Positions 15,072-23,564 of a DNA stretch of 40,666 nt are shown one piece after another. The DNA lies in contig JAEEGW010000194.1 in assembly GCA_016280525.1 (NCBI GenBank), forward strand, positions 1 to 40,666, written 5' to 3'. A program made the position numbers and the translations under genes. The notes under the pieces were generated by a model. It saw nothing but the letters and a program-made list of their open reading frames with translations, was not told where the DNA came from and searched no databases. Source of the stretch: Clostridiales bacterium. Its GTDB lineage: Bacteria > Bacillota > Clostridia > Oscillospirales > CAG-272. Position 1 is the stretch's first letter, and every line of letters starts with the position of its first letter.

Positions 15072-18000
15072 ATGACTGATTTTGCTATTGAAAACGGAGT
15101 TTTGAAAAAATACAATGGAAATGATACCGCCGTCACAATTCCCAACGGTATCACAGCAATCGGATATGGTGCATTTAAAAAAAACAAAACGATTACGGAA
15201 ATCATTATACCGAATACGGTATTGTGTATTGAATCCTTGGCTTTTCAAGGATGCGCAAAGCTGAAATCCGTCGTTTTTTCAAATGTTTTGGAGAAAATAG
15301 GAGAGGACTGTTTTGAAAATTGCAAATCTTTAAAAACGGTGGAGTTACCCAAAACGCTGCGTTTTCTTGGAGCAGGCGCATTTGCCGGCTGCACAAAACT
15401 GATTTCCGTAAAATGCGATTCGGAAGTTTTTGAAGCCGGAGAAGACCCGTTTTCTCCCAGATTTTCATACTCGCTCGACCGTCAAATATCTCCTTGCACA
15501 CAACTTGCGGACGAACAGGGATTCCTTATCTTTTGCGGTGTACTTTACGCTTATTACGGGAATTCGACCGAGATCGTTGTTCCAAACAGTGTAAAAGTCA
15601 TTGTTGCCGGAGCTTTTAAATCCGGTGAATTTTACTGGGAAAGAAAATTGAATTTAAAGAGTGTTGTGATCCCCGATACCGTAAAAGAAATAGGAGCTGC
15701 TGCATTTGCAAACAACAAGAAGCTTAAAAGCATTAAAATGCCGAGCGGGATCAAACTCGGTCAAAATGTGTTTTTCGGATGTAAAGATCTTGCTGATGAA
15801 AACGGTTTCTTCGTCTATGATCAAACAGCATATACGTATTACTATGACGATGAAAACGTTACTGTTACCGAAGGGGTAAAGAAATTATCCGCGGGTTTGT
15901 TTGAAAATAAAAAAATGCATTCCGTATCGCTCCCAGATAGTTTGATATGCGTAGGAGAAAAGGCTTTCTGCGGGTGCGGTAACTTGGAATCAATAATAAT
16001 ACCTGAAGGAGTTAAGAGAATAGGAGCAGATGCATTTAAAAGCTGTAAGTGCCTTGCGAATGTTTCTATTCCGGATTCCGTTGAATCAATAGGAGACGGC
16101 ATTTTTACGGGATGCGAAAGGTTAGCGGATAAAAACGGCTTTGTAATTATGAATGACACGATCCAGTCTTTCTTTGGCACGGCTCGTGATATCGTTGTGC
16201 CTGAAGGAATAATATCTATCGCAGACAGTGTATTTGACAGTACAAATATAGCGTCGATCAAACTTCCTACCACTCTGAGAAAACTCGGACAATCCGTGTT
16301 TGAAAATTGTAAAATGCTTACAGAAATCGAGATCCCGGAAGGAATAGCAGAATTAAAAAGCGAAGCTTTTTACGGATGCAGCAGACTGGAGAAAGTCTCG
16401 CTTCCGGATTCGCTTACCGAAATCGACAGCTATGTATTTTGCGGATGTGATAAACTGACTGAAATTCAGATTTCCGAAAACGTAAAGAGGATCGGAGCGG
16501 CTGCGTTCTCAGGGTGTTCATCTCTTCGTAAATTCAACATCCCGAACGGTGTGAAAACAATAGAATATAATACGTTCAGTGAATGCTGTTTTTTAGAAGA
16601 GATCACGATCCCCGAATCGGTCGAAAAGGTTGAGGATAATGCTTTCTTAAACTGTAAAAATCTGAAAACAGTTAATTGCAGGACAACCCAAACATCATTC
16701 AGCCGAAGCGCATTTAACGGATGTACAGGCTTGATCGATAAAAATGGCATGACGATAATTTCCGGCATATTGTTCAAAGTTGAAGACGGTCTGGAAAACG
16801 TTATAATTCCGGAAGGAGTAACAACGATCGCGCCTGATGTATTAAGGGAAGGTATAGCGTATTTTGGAGGATCGTTCAATACATATAAGAATGCAGGAAC
16901 ATTGAAAAGTGTTGTTCTGCCGTCCACGTTGAAAGATATATGCAGCGGCGCTTTCGCCGGATGCGAGTCTTTAAAGACCGTTTCTGTTCCTAACGGAGTA
17001 AAGCGTATTGGCGAAGAAAGCTTTGCCGGATGCAGTGCGCTAACCGAGATTGATATTCCGAACAGCGTGACACGGGTGGATAAACGGGCTTTCAAGGGTT
17101 GTTCATCTTTAAAAAGCGCAAAGCTCTCAGCTTCTTTGATTGAATTAAACACAGAGGTGTTCTTTAGTTGTAAATCTTTAAAGACCCTGCATATTCCGGA
17201 AACTACGGTATCCATAGAAATCGACGCTCTGAAGGGTTGTGATTCTCTTAAATCGATCGAAGTTGATAAAAACAATCCGGAATACTGTTCAATCGACGGA
17301 ATGCTTTTCAATAAAACCGGAGATGAACTGCTGTACGTTCCCGGAGGAAAACTGTCGCATGAATATGAAATACCCGGGTATGTGAAAACAATCGGCAGCC
17401 GTGCATTCGCTGATTGTACAGCGCTGAAAAAAATCGTTATTCCGGGTTCGGTGAAAAATATCGGAGACGAAGCGTTTCCCAGAAAAACCTGGAACAGTAA
17501 TTCTTATCTTAACGACATAGAAGTATCCCCTGAGGCCAGCTCCGGGATGATCGGCAACAATATTTTTGATATCGCGGATGGCGATAAACCTCTTGTTTTT
17601 CCAAAACTTCCGGTATCCTTTGTAAAAGAGCAGGCAATTCAGGTTTGTCTGGGATTGGGGTATTGTCTGAATCCCGAAAAATACGAGGGCGAATATGCAG
17701 ATATTTACAAAAAGTATGCGCTGTCTCATCAGAGAATACTTATTAAAAAAGGACAGGAGCAAAAGCTGTCGGAAATTGAGCAGTATTTTGCTTCCGTAAA
17801 CCCAGATGATGGATCATCGGTATGTGCTTACAAACCGGAGCTTTCCCTGAAAAAACCAAATGAGCTTCAAAAGGTCGAAATTCTGGAAGAGGCCGTAAGA
17901 AAAGGAACGCTCGACGATCTTAAAGCTGTTATCAAAACTTACAAACCATTTGAGATCACAGCTCGTGCTTTAGGATTGGCATGCAGATATCGCGGCCTTG

Positions 18001-19910
18001 ATTTCGTGCGTGAACTCGTTGGCGCCGGTGCAACATTTGATTACAAGAGTACGCCTCAGATAATCAGAAAATACAAAACAGATCAGAACACCGCAAGCGG
18101 CAGCTACAGCACAGAGTATTATCTGATGCTCGTTCCTTCAAAAATCGATATAAACCGTAGTTATGAATATACTCCGATGTACGGCGTACCGAATATTTAC
18201 ATTACAAAAGAACTTGAAGATCAAGCTCTTCCGCTAAACGATCGTATCGAAATAGTAAAATTTCTTTTGCCAAAATATAGGAAACTCGGGATTTCTCTTG
18301 ATGAAATGCTGTATTGGGCGTTGACAAGAGGCGAGATCGAATTTGCCGACGCTTTGATCAACATGGGTGTAAATCTTAATAAAACTCCTCCGAAATACTA
18401 TTCATCGTGGGGGAACTCAACGTATATAACAATAATCACGGAAGGTTATCAGTCAAATTACTGGACTTCATATATAACTGCATTATCTGATTTGCGATCC
18501 GATCAGCTTTTGCCGATGCTGAAAAGAATAGCCTTGCTTGCATCGGATTTCGGGAAAAAACCGGTCATAAGTCAGAAAATGTTTGATGAACTTAAGTGGA
18601 ATGATGAATCTTTGTCGTTCGCTTTGGATAACTGTGATTTTTCAAAAGTTAATCAGAAAAAGGCTCTCGAATCGAGCGTTTCTGGCAACCGTGATGTTTC
18701 TCTTGCAAAGATGGCTGAGATCGGATGGCTCAGTCAAGCGGCAAAACTTGATAATCTTATTGCGTTTGCCCAGGAGAATAAAAAGAATGATATTCTGGCT
18801 TGGTTGATAGATTACAAAAACAAAACAGTTGATATTGCGGCAGAAGGAAGAAAAAAAGAAGCCCAAATGATAAAAGAGCTTAGCGAAGATCCAAATTCTG
18901 TTTCATCAATAAAAAAGGTATGGAGCTATGAAAAGCTGAGCGACGGAACGCTTTTGATTACAAGTTATAAAGGAACTGAAACGAACGTCGTGATACCGTC
19001 GGTTATCGGCAAAACTGCGGTAACGGTCATCGGGAACGAAGCGTTTTCTGCGTCATCTTTCGGTAGAAAGGCATCTAATTACGAAATAAGAAAAAAGATC
19101 ACGTCGATCATTATTCCGGAAGGGGTAAAAGAAATATGGTCTTGGGCATTCAGTTGTTGTGAATCTCTTGTAACTGTCACGCTTCCGGATACGCTCAAAA
19201 CAATAAGTAATTATGCATTCAGCTCCTGTGAAAAGCTTAAGGATATTTCAATACCAAAAGGGATCAAAACAATCGATCCGTCTGCGTTTTCAGGTTGTGA
19301 TTCATTGAAGGACGAAAACGGTTTTGCCGTGGTAGACGGGTTTTTGCTCGGTTACTATGGTTACGATTCTTCGCTTCGTATTCCGGATGTTGTTAAATAC
19401 GTCGTGTCGCTTTTAGGCAAATACTCTTCATTTAATAAAAGTATAACTGAGATAATATTGCCGGAAGGACTTGAAAATATCGGAGAAGGCGCTTTTGAAA
19501 ACTCAACAGAGCTTGAATCGATATCTATACCGTCAAGCGTAAAAACAATAGGTAAAAAAGCGTTCTTTAAATCGGGAATAGAGACAATTGAACTGAAGGA
19601 AGGACTTAAGACGATCGGAGCCGAAGCGTTTGCACACACTCCGCTTAATTCAGTAAAAATCCCGCAAAGTGTAGTAAAGATCGGTCCGCAGGCGTTTTTC
19701 AGCTGCAGGAAGCTGAAAGACGTTTATATATCCGAAAAAACAGTAAAATTCGGTAAAGAGATCCTCGGAGCATACGATTCTGACACCTCGTTGGGAGTTG
19801 TTAAACCTTCTGGCGTTTACGTACATACACCTGCAGGATCGGCGGCGGAAGAATATATGAAACAGTACGGCGGCGTATGCATTGTCAATGATTACGGGGA
19901 GGATAAATGA
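15072..19910 (+). CDS. Giant cytoplasmic LRR - ankyrin-like helical core - LRR protein (1612 aa)
   Basis: The N-terminus MTDFAIENGVLKKYNGNDTAVTIPNGITAIG is followed by ~800 aa of divergent BspA-type LRR units (IP..V..IG..AF..C..L). A ~450-aa helical region has ankyrin-like segments (ALGLACRYRGLDFVRELVGAGATFD; LYWALTRGEIEFADALINMGVNLN) and ends AWLIDYKNKTVD. A second LRR array of ~330 aa follows. The stop overlaps the next start (ATGA). Confidence 0.85.
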   Translation: MTDFAIENGVLKKYNGNDTAVTIPNGITAIGYGAFKKNKTITEIIIPNTVLCIESLAFQGCAKLKSVVFSNVLEKIGEDCFENCKSLKTVELPKTLRFLGAGAFAGCTKLISVKCDSEVFEAGEDPFSPRFSYSLDRQISPCTQLADEQGFLIFCGVLYAYYGNSTEIVVPNSVKVIVAGAFKSGEFYWERKLNLKSVVIPDTVKEIGAAAFANNKKLKSIKMPSGIKLGQNVFFGCKDLADENGFFVYDQTAYTYYYDDENVTVTEGVKKLSAGLFENKKMHSVSLPDSLICVGEKAFCGCGNLESIIIPEGVKRIGADAFKSCKCLANVSIPDSVESIGDGIFTGCERLADKNGFVIMNDTIQSFFGTARDIVVPEGIISIADSVFDSTNIASIKLPTTLRKLGQSVFENCKMLTEIEIPEGIAELKSEAFYGCSRLEKVSLPDSLTEIDSYVFCGCDKLTEIQISENVKRIGAAAFSGCSSLRKFNIPNGVKTIEYNTFSECCFLEEITIPESVEKVEDNAFLNCKNLKTVNCRTTQTSFSRSAFNGCTGLIDKNGMTIISGILFKVEDGLENVIIPEGVTTIAPDVLREGIAYFGGSFNTYKNAGTLKSVVLPSTLKDICSGAFAGCESLKTVSVPNGVKRIGEESFAGCSALTEIDIPNSVTRVDKRAFKGCSSLKSAKLSASLIELNTEVFFSCKSLKTLHIPETTVSIEIDALKGCDSLKSIEVDKNNPEYCSIDGMLFNKTGDELLYVPGGKLSHEYEIPGYVKTIGSRAFADCTALKKIVIPGSVKNIGDEAFPRKTWNSNSYLNDIEVSPEASSGMIGNNIFDIADGDKPLVFPKLPVSFVKEQAIQVCLGLGYCLNPEKYEGEYADIYKKYALSHQRILIKKGQEQKLSEIEQYFASVNPDDGSSVCAYKPELSLKKPNELQKVEILEEAVRKGTLDDLKAVIKTYKPFEITARALGLACRYRGLDFVRELVGAGATFDYKSTPQIIRKYKTDQNTASGSYSTEYYLMLVPSKIDINRSYEYTPMYGVPNIYITKELEDQALPLNDRIEIVKFLLPKYRKLGISLDEMLYWALTRGEIEFADALINMGVNLNKTPPKYYSSWGNSTYITIITEGYQSNYWTSYITALSDLRSDQLLPMLKRIALLASDFGKKPVISQKMFDELKWNDESLSFALDNCDFSKVNQKKALESSVSGNRDVSLAKMAEIGWLSQAAKLDNLIAFAQENKKNDILAWLIDYKNKTVDIAAEGRKKEAQMIKELSEDPNSVSSIKKVWSYEKLSDGTLLITSYKGTETNVVIPSVIGKTAVTVIGNEAFSASSFGRKASNYEIRKKITSIIIPEGVKEIWSWAFSCCESLVTVTLPDTLKTISNYAFSSCEKLKDISIPKGIKTIDPSAFSGCDSLKDENGFAVVDGFLLGYYGYDSSLRIPDVVKYVVSLLGKYSSFNKSITEIILPEGLENIGEGAFENSTELESISIPSSVKTIGKKAFFKSGIETIELKEGLKTIGAEAFAHTPLNSVKIPQSVVKIGPQAFFSCRKLKDVYISEKTVKFGKEILGAYDSDTSLGVVKPSGVYVHTPAGSAAEEYMKQYGGVCIVNDYGEDK

Positions 19911-20764
19911 TGTCAAAAATACTTTTACTCGGCAACGGGATAAACCGCTGCTTTGCGAAAAGCTCGTGGCGGGACGCCATTGAAAACGTTCGGTCAAAAT
20001 ACGGCGTGAAAACAACGGCGAAGCAAATAGAAAAGCTGCCGTATAATATGCAGATCGTCGCGGCTTCAAACGATAGAGTTGAAGACGCGATGAAGGATTA
20101 CTGCGCGGATCTGTGCGCGGACGAGATAAGTGAAGAAAACAAAGATCTTATTCTCAATATCACGGACGGTTTTGACGAAATCCTGACAACAAATTACAGT
20201 TTTGAGATAGAGCAGGCGCTCGGCGTCAAGCCTTCCGCCGCGTCGTACCGCAGAATTTCGAATCAGAGCAGAGACGGTCTGAAAGACCGGCAGAAAAAGA
20301 TGAATATATATAAATATCACAAAGCAAAGGACAAGCGTATTTGGCACATACACGGCGACGCCGCCGCGCCGAGATCGGTAGTTATGGGTCACTACTATTA
20401 CGGCAAGCTTTTGAGGGAGATTCAGGAGAGAGTATCGGAATTCGTGCCCGGATATATGGGCAAAACGGCAGAGGGTTTGGAATACGAACCGTCAAGCTGG
20501 GTCGATCTGTTCCTTATGAACGACGTTTATATCATCGGTTTTGCATTTGATCTGTGCGAGTACGATCTGTATTATCTGCTCTGCTGCAAAAAACGCAGAG
20601 AAAACGGCTCGACCGTAACGTATATCGTAAAAGAAGGCGAGACGATAGACCCGGAAAAGAAAATAATGCTTGACGCATATAATGTAAAAACAAAAAAAAT
20701 AAAAGCCGCGGACTATAAAGAATTTTATAAAGCCGCTGCGGAATACGTAAGGAGGATAAAATAA
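19907..20764 (+). CDS. SIR2-like (SIR2_2 family) protein, candidate NAD+-consuming effector
   Basis: 285 aa with ILLLGNGINRCF, ILTTNYSFEIEQAL, RIWHIHGD and VYIIGFAFDLCEYDLYYLL. These match the G.G, TTNYD, hHG and IGYS..D pattern of SIR2_2 domains as I remember it. An alternative ATG at 19910 has better spacing from GGGGAGG. Confidence 0.7.
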   Translation: MMSKILLLGNGINRCFAKSSWRDAIENVRSKYGVKTTAKQIEKLPYNMQIVAASNDRVEDAMKDYCADLCADEISEENKDLILNITDGFDEILTTNYSFEIEQALGVKPSAASYRRISNQSRDGLKDRQKKMNIYKYHKAKDKRIWHIHGDAAAPRSVVMGHYYYGKLLREIQERVSEFVPGYMGKTAEGLEYEPSSWVDLFLMNDVYIIGFAFDLCEYDLYYLLCCKKRRENGSTVTYIVKEGETIDPEKKIMLDAYNVKTKKIKAADYKEFYKAAAEYVRRIK

Positions 20765-20906
20765 TGAGTGATTTTGTAATTGAAAACAGAGTTTTGATCA
20801 AGTACACGGGAAAAGATTCAGACGTCGTAATTCCCGACGGCGTAACGTCAATAAGCTGGCGTGCGTTCGAAGGCTGCAGTAGTCTTACAAGCGTGACGAT
20901 ACCGGA
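20691..20906 (+). repeat. 216-bp direct repeat, copy 1 (3' end of SIR2 gene + 5' end of LRR gene)
   Basis: Near-identical to 23350..23564. By eye I found three small differences: the A8 versus A7 run, GAATTTTAT versus GATTTCTAT, and AACAGAG versus AACGGAG. Confidence 0.85.
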
Positions 20907-23325
20907 AAGCGTAACAACAATAGGCGCACGGGCATTTTCTGACTGTTGGAATCTTACTAACGTGACAATACCAGGCAGTGTAACGTCAATAGGAAGTTAT
21001 GCGTTCTTACGCTGCAGAAGTTTTTCAAACATGACTATACCAGACAGCATAACGTCAATTGCAGAGAGTGTGTTCTCCGAATGCAGCAGTCTTACAAGTG
21101 TGACCATACCGGGCGGAGTAACGGAAATAGGCAAAAATGCATTCCATGGCTGCAGCAAATTGATATATAATGAATATGATAATGCACTTTATTTGGGAAA
21201 TACGCATAATCCATATTATGCGTTAATTAAAGTAAAAAACAAGTCAAGAAAAATTGGTAATATAAATGAAAAAACAAGAATTATCGCAAGTGGAGCGTTT
21301 AACAACTGCAGCAGTCTTACAAGCATAATGATCCCCGACAGCGTGACCTCAATCGGCAATGAAGCGTTCCATAGCTGCGCAAGTCTGACAAGCATGACGA
21401 TCCCCGACAGTGTGACCTTGATCGGCAATAAAGCGTTCTATAGCTGCGCAAGTCTGACAAGCGTGACGATACCTGACAGCGTGACCTTAATCGGCAATGA
21501 AGCGTTCCATAGTTGCGCAAGCCTGAAAAGCGTGACGATACCGGATAGCGTAATATCAATAGGCATATCAGCATTTGAAAACTGCAGTGAATTGGATTAT
21601 AATGAATATGACAGTGCGCTTTATTTGGGAAATAAATATAATCCGTACCACGTTTTGATCAAAGGAATAAACGAGTCAATAAAAAGTGTTAATATAAACG
21701 AAAAAACAAAGGTCATTGCATGTGGTGCATTTTATAAATTCAACAGTCTTACCAGTATAACAATACCGGACGGCGTAACGTCAATAGGCGCTTATGCGTT
21801 TGATAGCTGCAGCGTTCTTGAAAGCGTGACTATAGGAAACGGTGTAAAGTCAATAGGCTATCGTGCATTGTGCAGCAGTCTTAAAAGCATAACTGTATCA
21901 GACAAAAAAGGTGTATATCATGCATCCGGCAACTGTCTTATAGAAACCGAGAGCAAAACGCTGATAAAAGGCTGCGAAAACAGTGTGATACCGAATGACG
22001 GCAGCGTAACATCAATAAGTGATAATGCATTTTTAGAATGCAATCTTAAAAATGTGACGATACCGGATAGCGTAACAAAGATTGGCGGTTGGGCGTTTTG
22101 CGGTTGCAGCAGTCTTACAAACATTACGATACCAGACAGTGTAACGTCAATAGGCGATTATGCGTTTTACTACTGCAGAAGTCTTACCAAAGTGACGATA
22201 CCGGGCAGTGTAACGTCAATAGGTTATGGCACGTTCGAAGAATGCAGTAACCTTACAAACGTTGATGCGTCTGAAGAGCAGTTCACGCTTGTGTGGAATA
22301 CGCTTGAACCAGATCAGAAAAATAATATTGCATACAATTGTTTGAAATTCGGTCAGACATATAACAAAGTCAAAGATTTTGTTAAGAGAAAAAAAGATGA
22401 TGTTTTAAACATAATAATCAAAGACGACGACGTTAAAGAGTTTGAATCATATTTACTGATGCTCAAAAAGCCGGACGTCGGGGCACTTGACGAATATCTT
22501 GAAAAATCGCAGAATACCATCAATATCAAAGCGTATCTTCTCGATTATAAAGCAAAAAATTTTTCAAGAGTACAAACCGAAGAATACTACGACGATCAGA
22601 CCGAAAAGGAGCTCGGATTTAAAGAACGTACATTATCGGATTGGCGAAAGATTTTCAAAATAACCGATAAAGACGGCAAAAGATATATCAGCGGCTATAG
22701 AGCTGATGATCCGACGGTGGTAATTCCCTCGGACATCGCGGGCAAGCCCGTATACGGTATAGCAGACAAGGCGTTTAAAAAATGCACAACCCTGACAAGT
22801 GTGATGATAGAGGACGGCGTAAAGTCAATAGGCGCTTGGGCGTTCGCCGGTTGCAGCAGTCTTACAAGCGTGACGATACCGAAAAGCATGACTTCAATAG
22901 ACTCCCTTGCGTTTGACGATTGTATCAGACTTAAAAGAGTTTACATAACCGATATTGCAAAATGGTGTGAGATAAGTTACTCTAATAATATATCAAATCC
23001 GTTGATTATTGCTCATAACCTGTATTTAAACAACGAATTGATGACTGATCTTGCTATACCGGACAGCGTGACGAAAATAGGCGAGAGTGCGTTCGACGGT
23101 TGCAAGAGTCTTACAAGCGTGATAATACCGGATAGCGTGACTAATATTGGTGATTATGCGTTCTATAACTGCAGAAATTTAACAAGCGTGACTATACCGG
23201 ATAGCGTAATATCAATAGGTGACAAAACGTTTTCCCGATGCAAATCGCTTAAAATATGCGCATCTGCAGGGTCATATGCCGATAAATACGCTAAGAAGAA
23301 TAAGATTCCTTTTGAGGCAATTTGA
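20764..23325 (+). CDS. Cytoplasmic LRR - helical spacer - LRR protein (853 aa)
   Basis: The start overlaps the SIR2 stop (TAATG). The N-terminus is MSDFVIENRVLIKYTGKDSDVVIPDGVTSIS. LRR arrays flank the same helical module as in the 11706 product (ASEEQFTLVW..AYLLDYKAKNFS..RYISGYRADDPTVVIPSDIAGKPVYGIADKAF). Confidence 0.85.
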   Translation: MSDFVIENRVLIKYTGKDSDVVIPDGVTSISWRAFEGCSSLTSVTIPESVTTIGARAFSDCWNLTNVTIPGSVTSIGSYAFLRCRSFSNMTIPDSITSIAESVFSECSSLTSVTIPGGVTEIGKNAFHGCSKLIYNEYDNALYLGNTHNPYYALIKVKNKSRKIGNINEKTRIIASGAFNNCSSLTSIMIPDSVTSIGNEAFHSCASLTSMTIPDSVTLIGNKAFYSCASLTSVTIPDSVTLIGNEAFHSCASLKSVTIPDSVISIGISAFENCSELDYNEYDSALYLGNKYNPYHVLIKGINESIKSVNINEKTKVIACGAFYKFNSLTSITIPDGVTSIGAYAFDSCSVLESVTIGNGVKSIGYRALCSSLKSITVSDKKGVYHASGNCLIETESKTLIKGCENSVIPNDGSVTSISDNAFLECNLKNVTIPDSVTKIGGWAFCGCSSLTNITIPDSVTSIGDYAFYYCRSLTKVTIPGSVTSIGYGTFEECSNLTNVDASEEQFTLVWNTLEPDQKNNIAYNCLKFGQTYNKVKDFVKRKKDDVLNIIIKDDDVKEFESYLLMLKKPDVGALDEYLEKSQNTINIKAYLLDYKAKNFSRVQTEEYYDDQTEKELGFKERTLSDWRKIFKITDKDGKRYISGYRADDPTVVIPSDIAGKPVYGIADKAFKKCTTLTSVMIEDGVKSIGAWAFAGCSSLTSVTIPKSMTSIDSLAFDDCIRLKRVYITDIAKWCEISYSNNISNPLIIAHNLYLNNELMTDLAIPDSVTKIGESAFDGCKSLTSVIIPDSVTNIGDYAFYNCRNLTSVTIPDSVISIGDKTFSRCKSLKICASAGSYADKYAKKNKIPFEAI
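21307..21513 (+). repeat. Three near-identical tandem 69-bp units (one LRR each)
   Basis: Units 21307-21375, 21376-21444 and 21445-21513 encode C(S/A)SLTS(I/M/V)(M/T)IPDSVT(S/L)IGN(E/K)AF(H/Y)S. The nucleotides are nearly identical between units. Confidence 0.8.
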
Positions 23326-23349
23326 TTGAAGAGCAAATAATGTATAAAT

Positions 23350-23564
23350 CAAAAAAATAAAAGCCGCGGACTATAAAGATTTCTATAAAGCCGCTGCGGA
23401 ATACGTAAGGAGGATAAAATAATGAGTGATTTTGTAATTGAAAACGGAGTTTTGATCAAGTACACGGGAAAAGATTCAGACGTCGTAATTCCCGACGGCG
23501 TAACGTCAATAAGCTGGCGTGCGTTCGAAGGCTGCAGTAGTCTTACAAGCGTGACGATACCGGA
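23350..23564 (+). repeat. 215-bp direct repeat, copy 2 (orphan SIR2 3' fragment + 5' end of LRR-DUF4132 gene)
   Basis: It carries a non-functional copy of the last ~22 SIR2 codons (KIKAADYKDFYKAAAEYVRRIK*), including the TAATG junction with the 23422 start. Confidence 0.85.
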
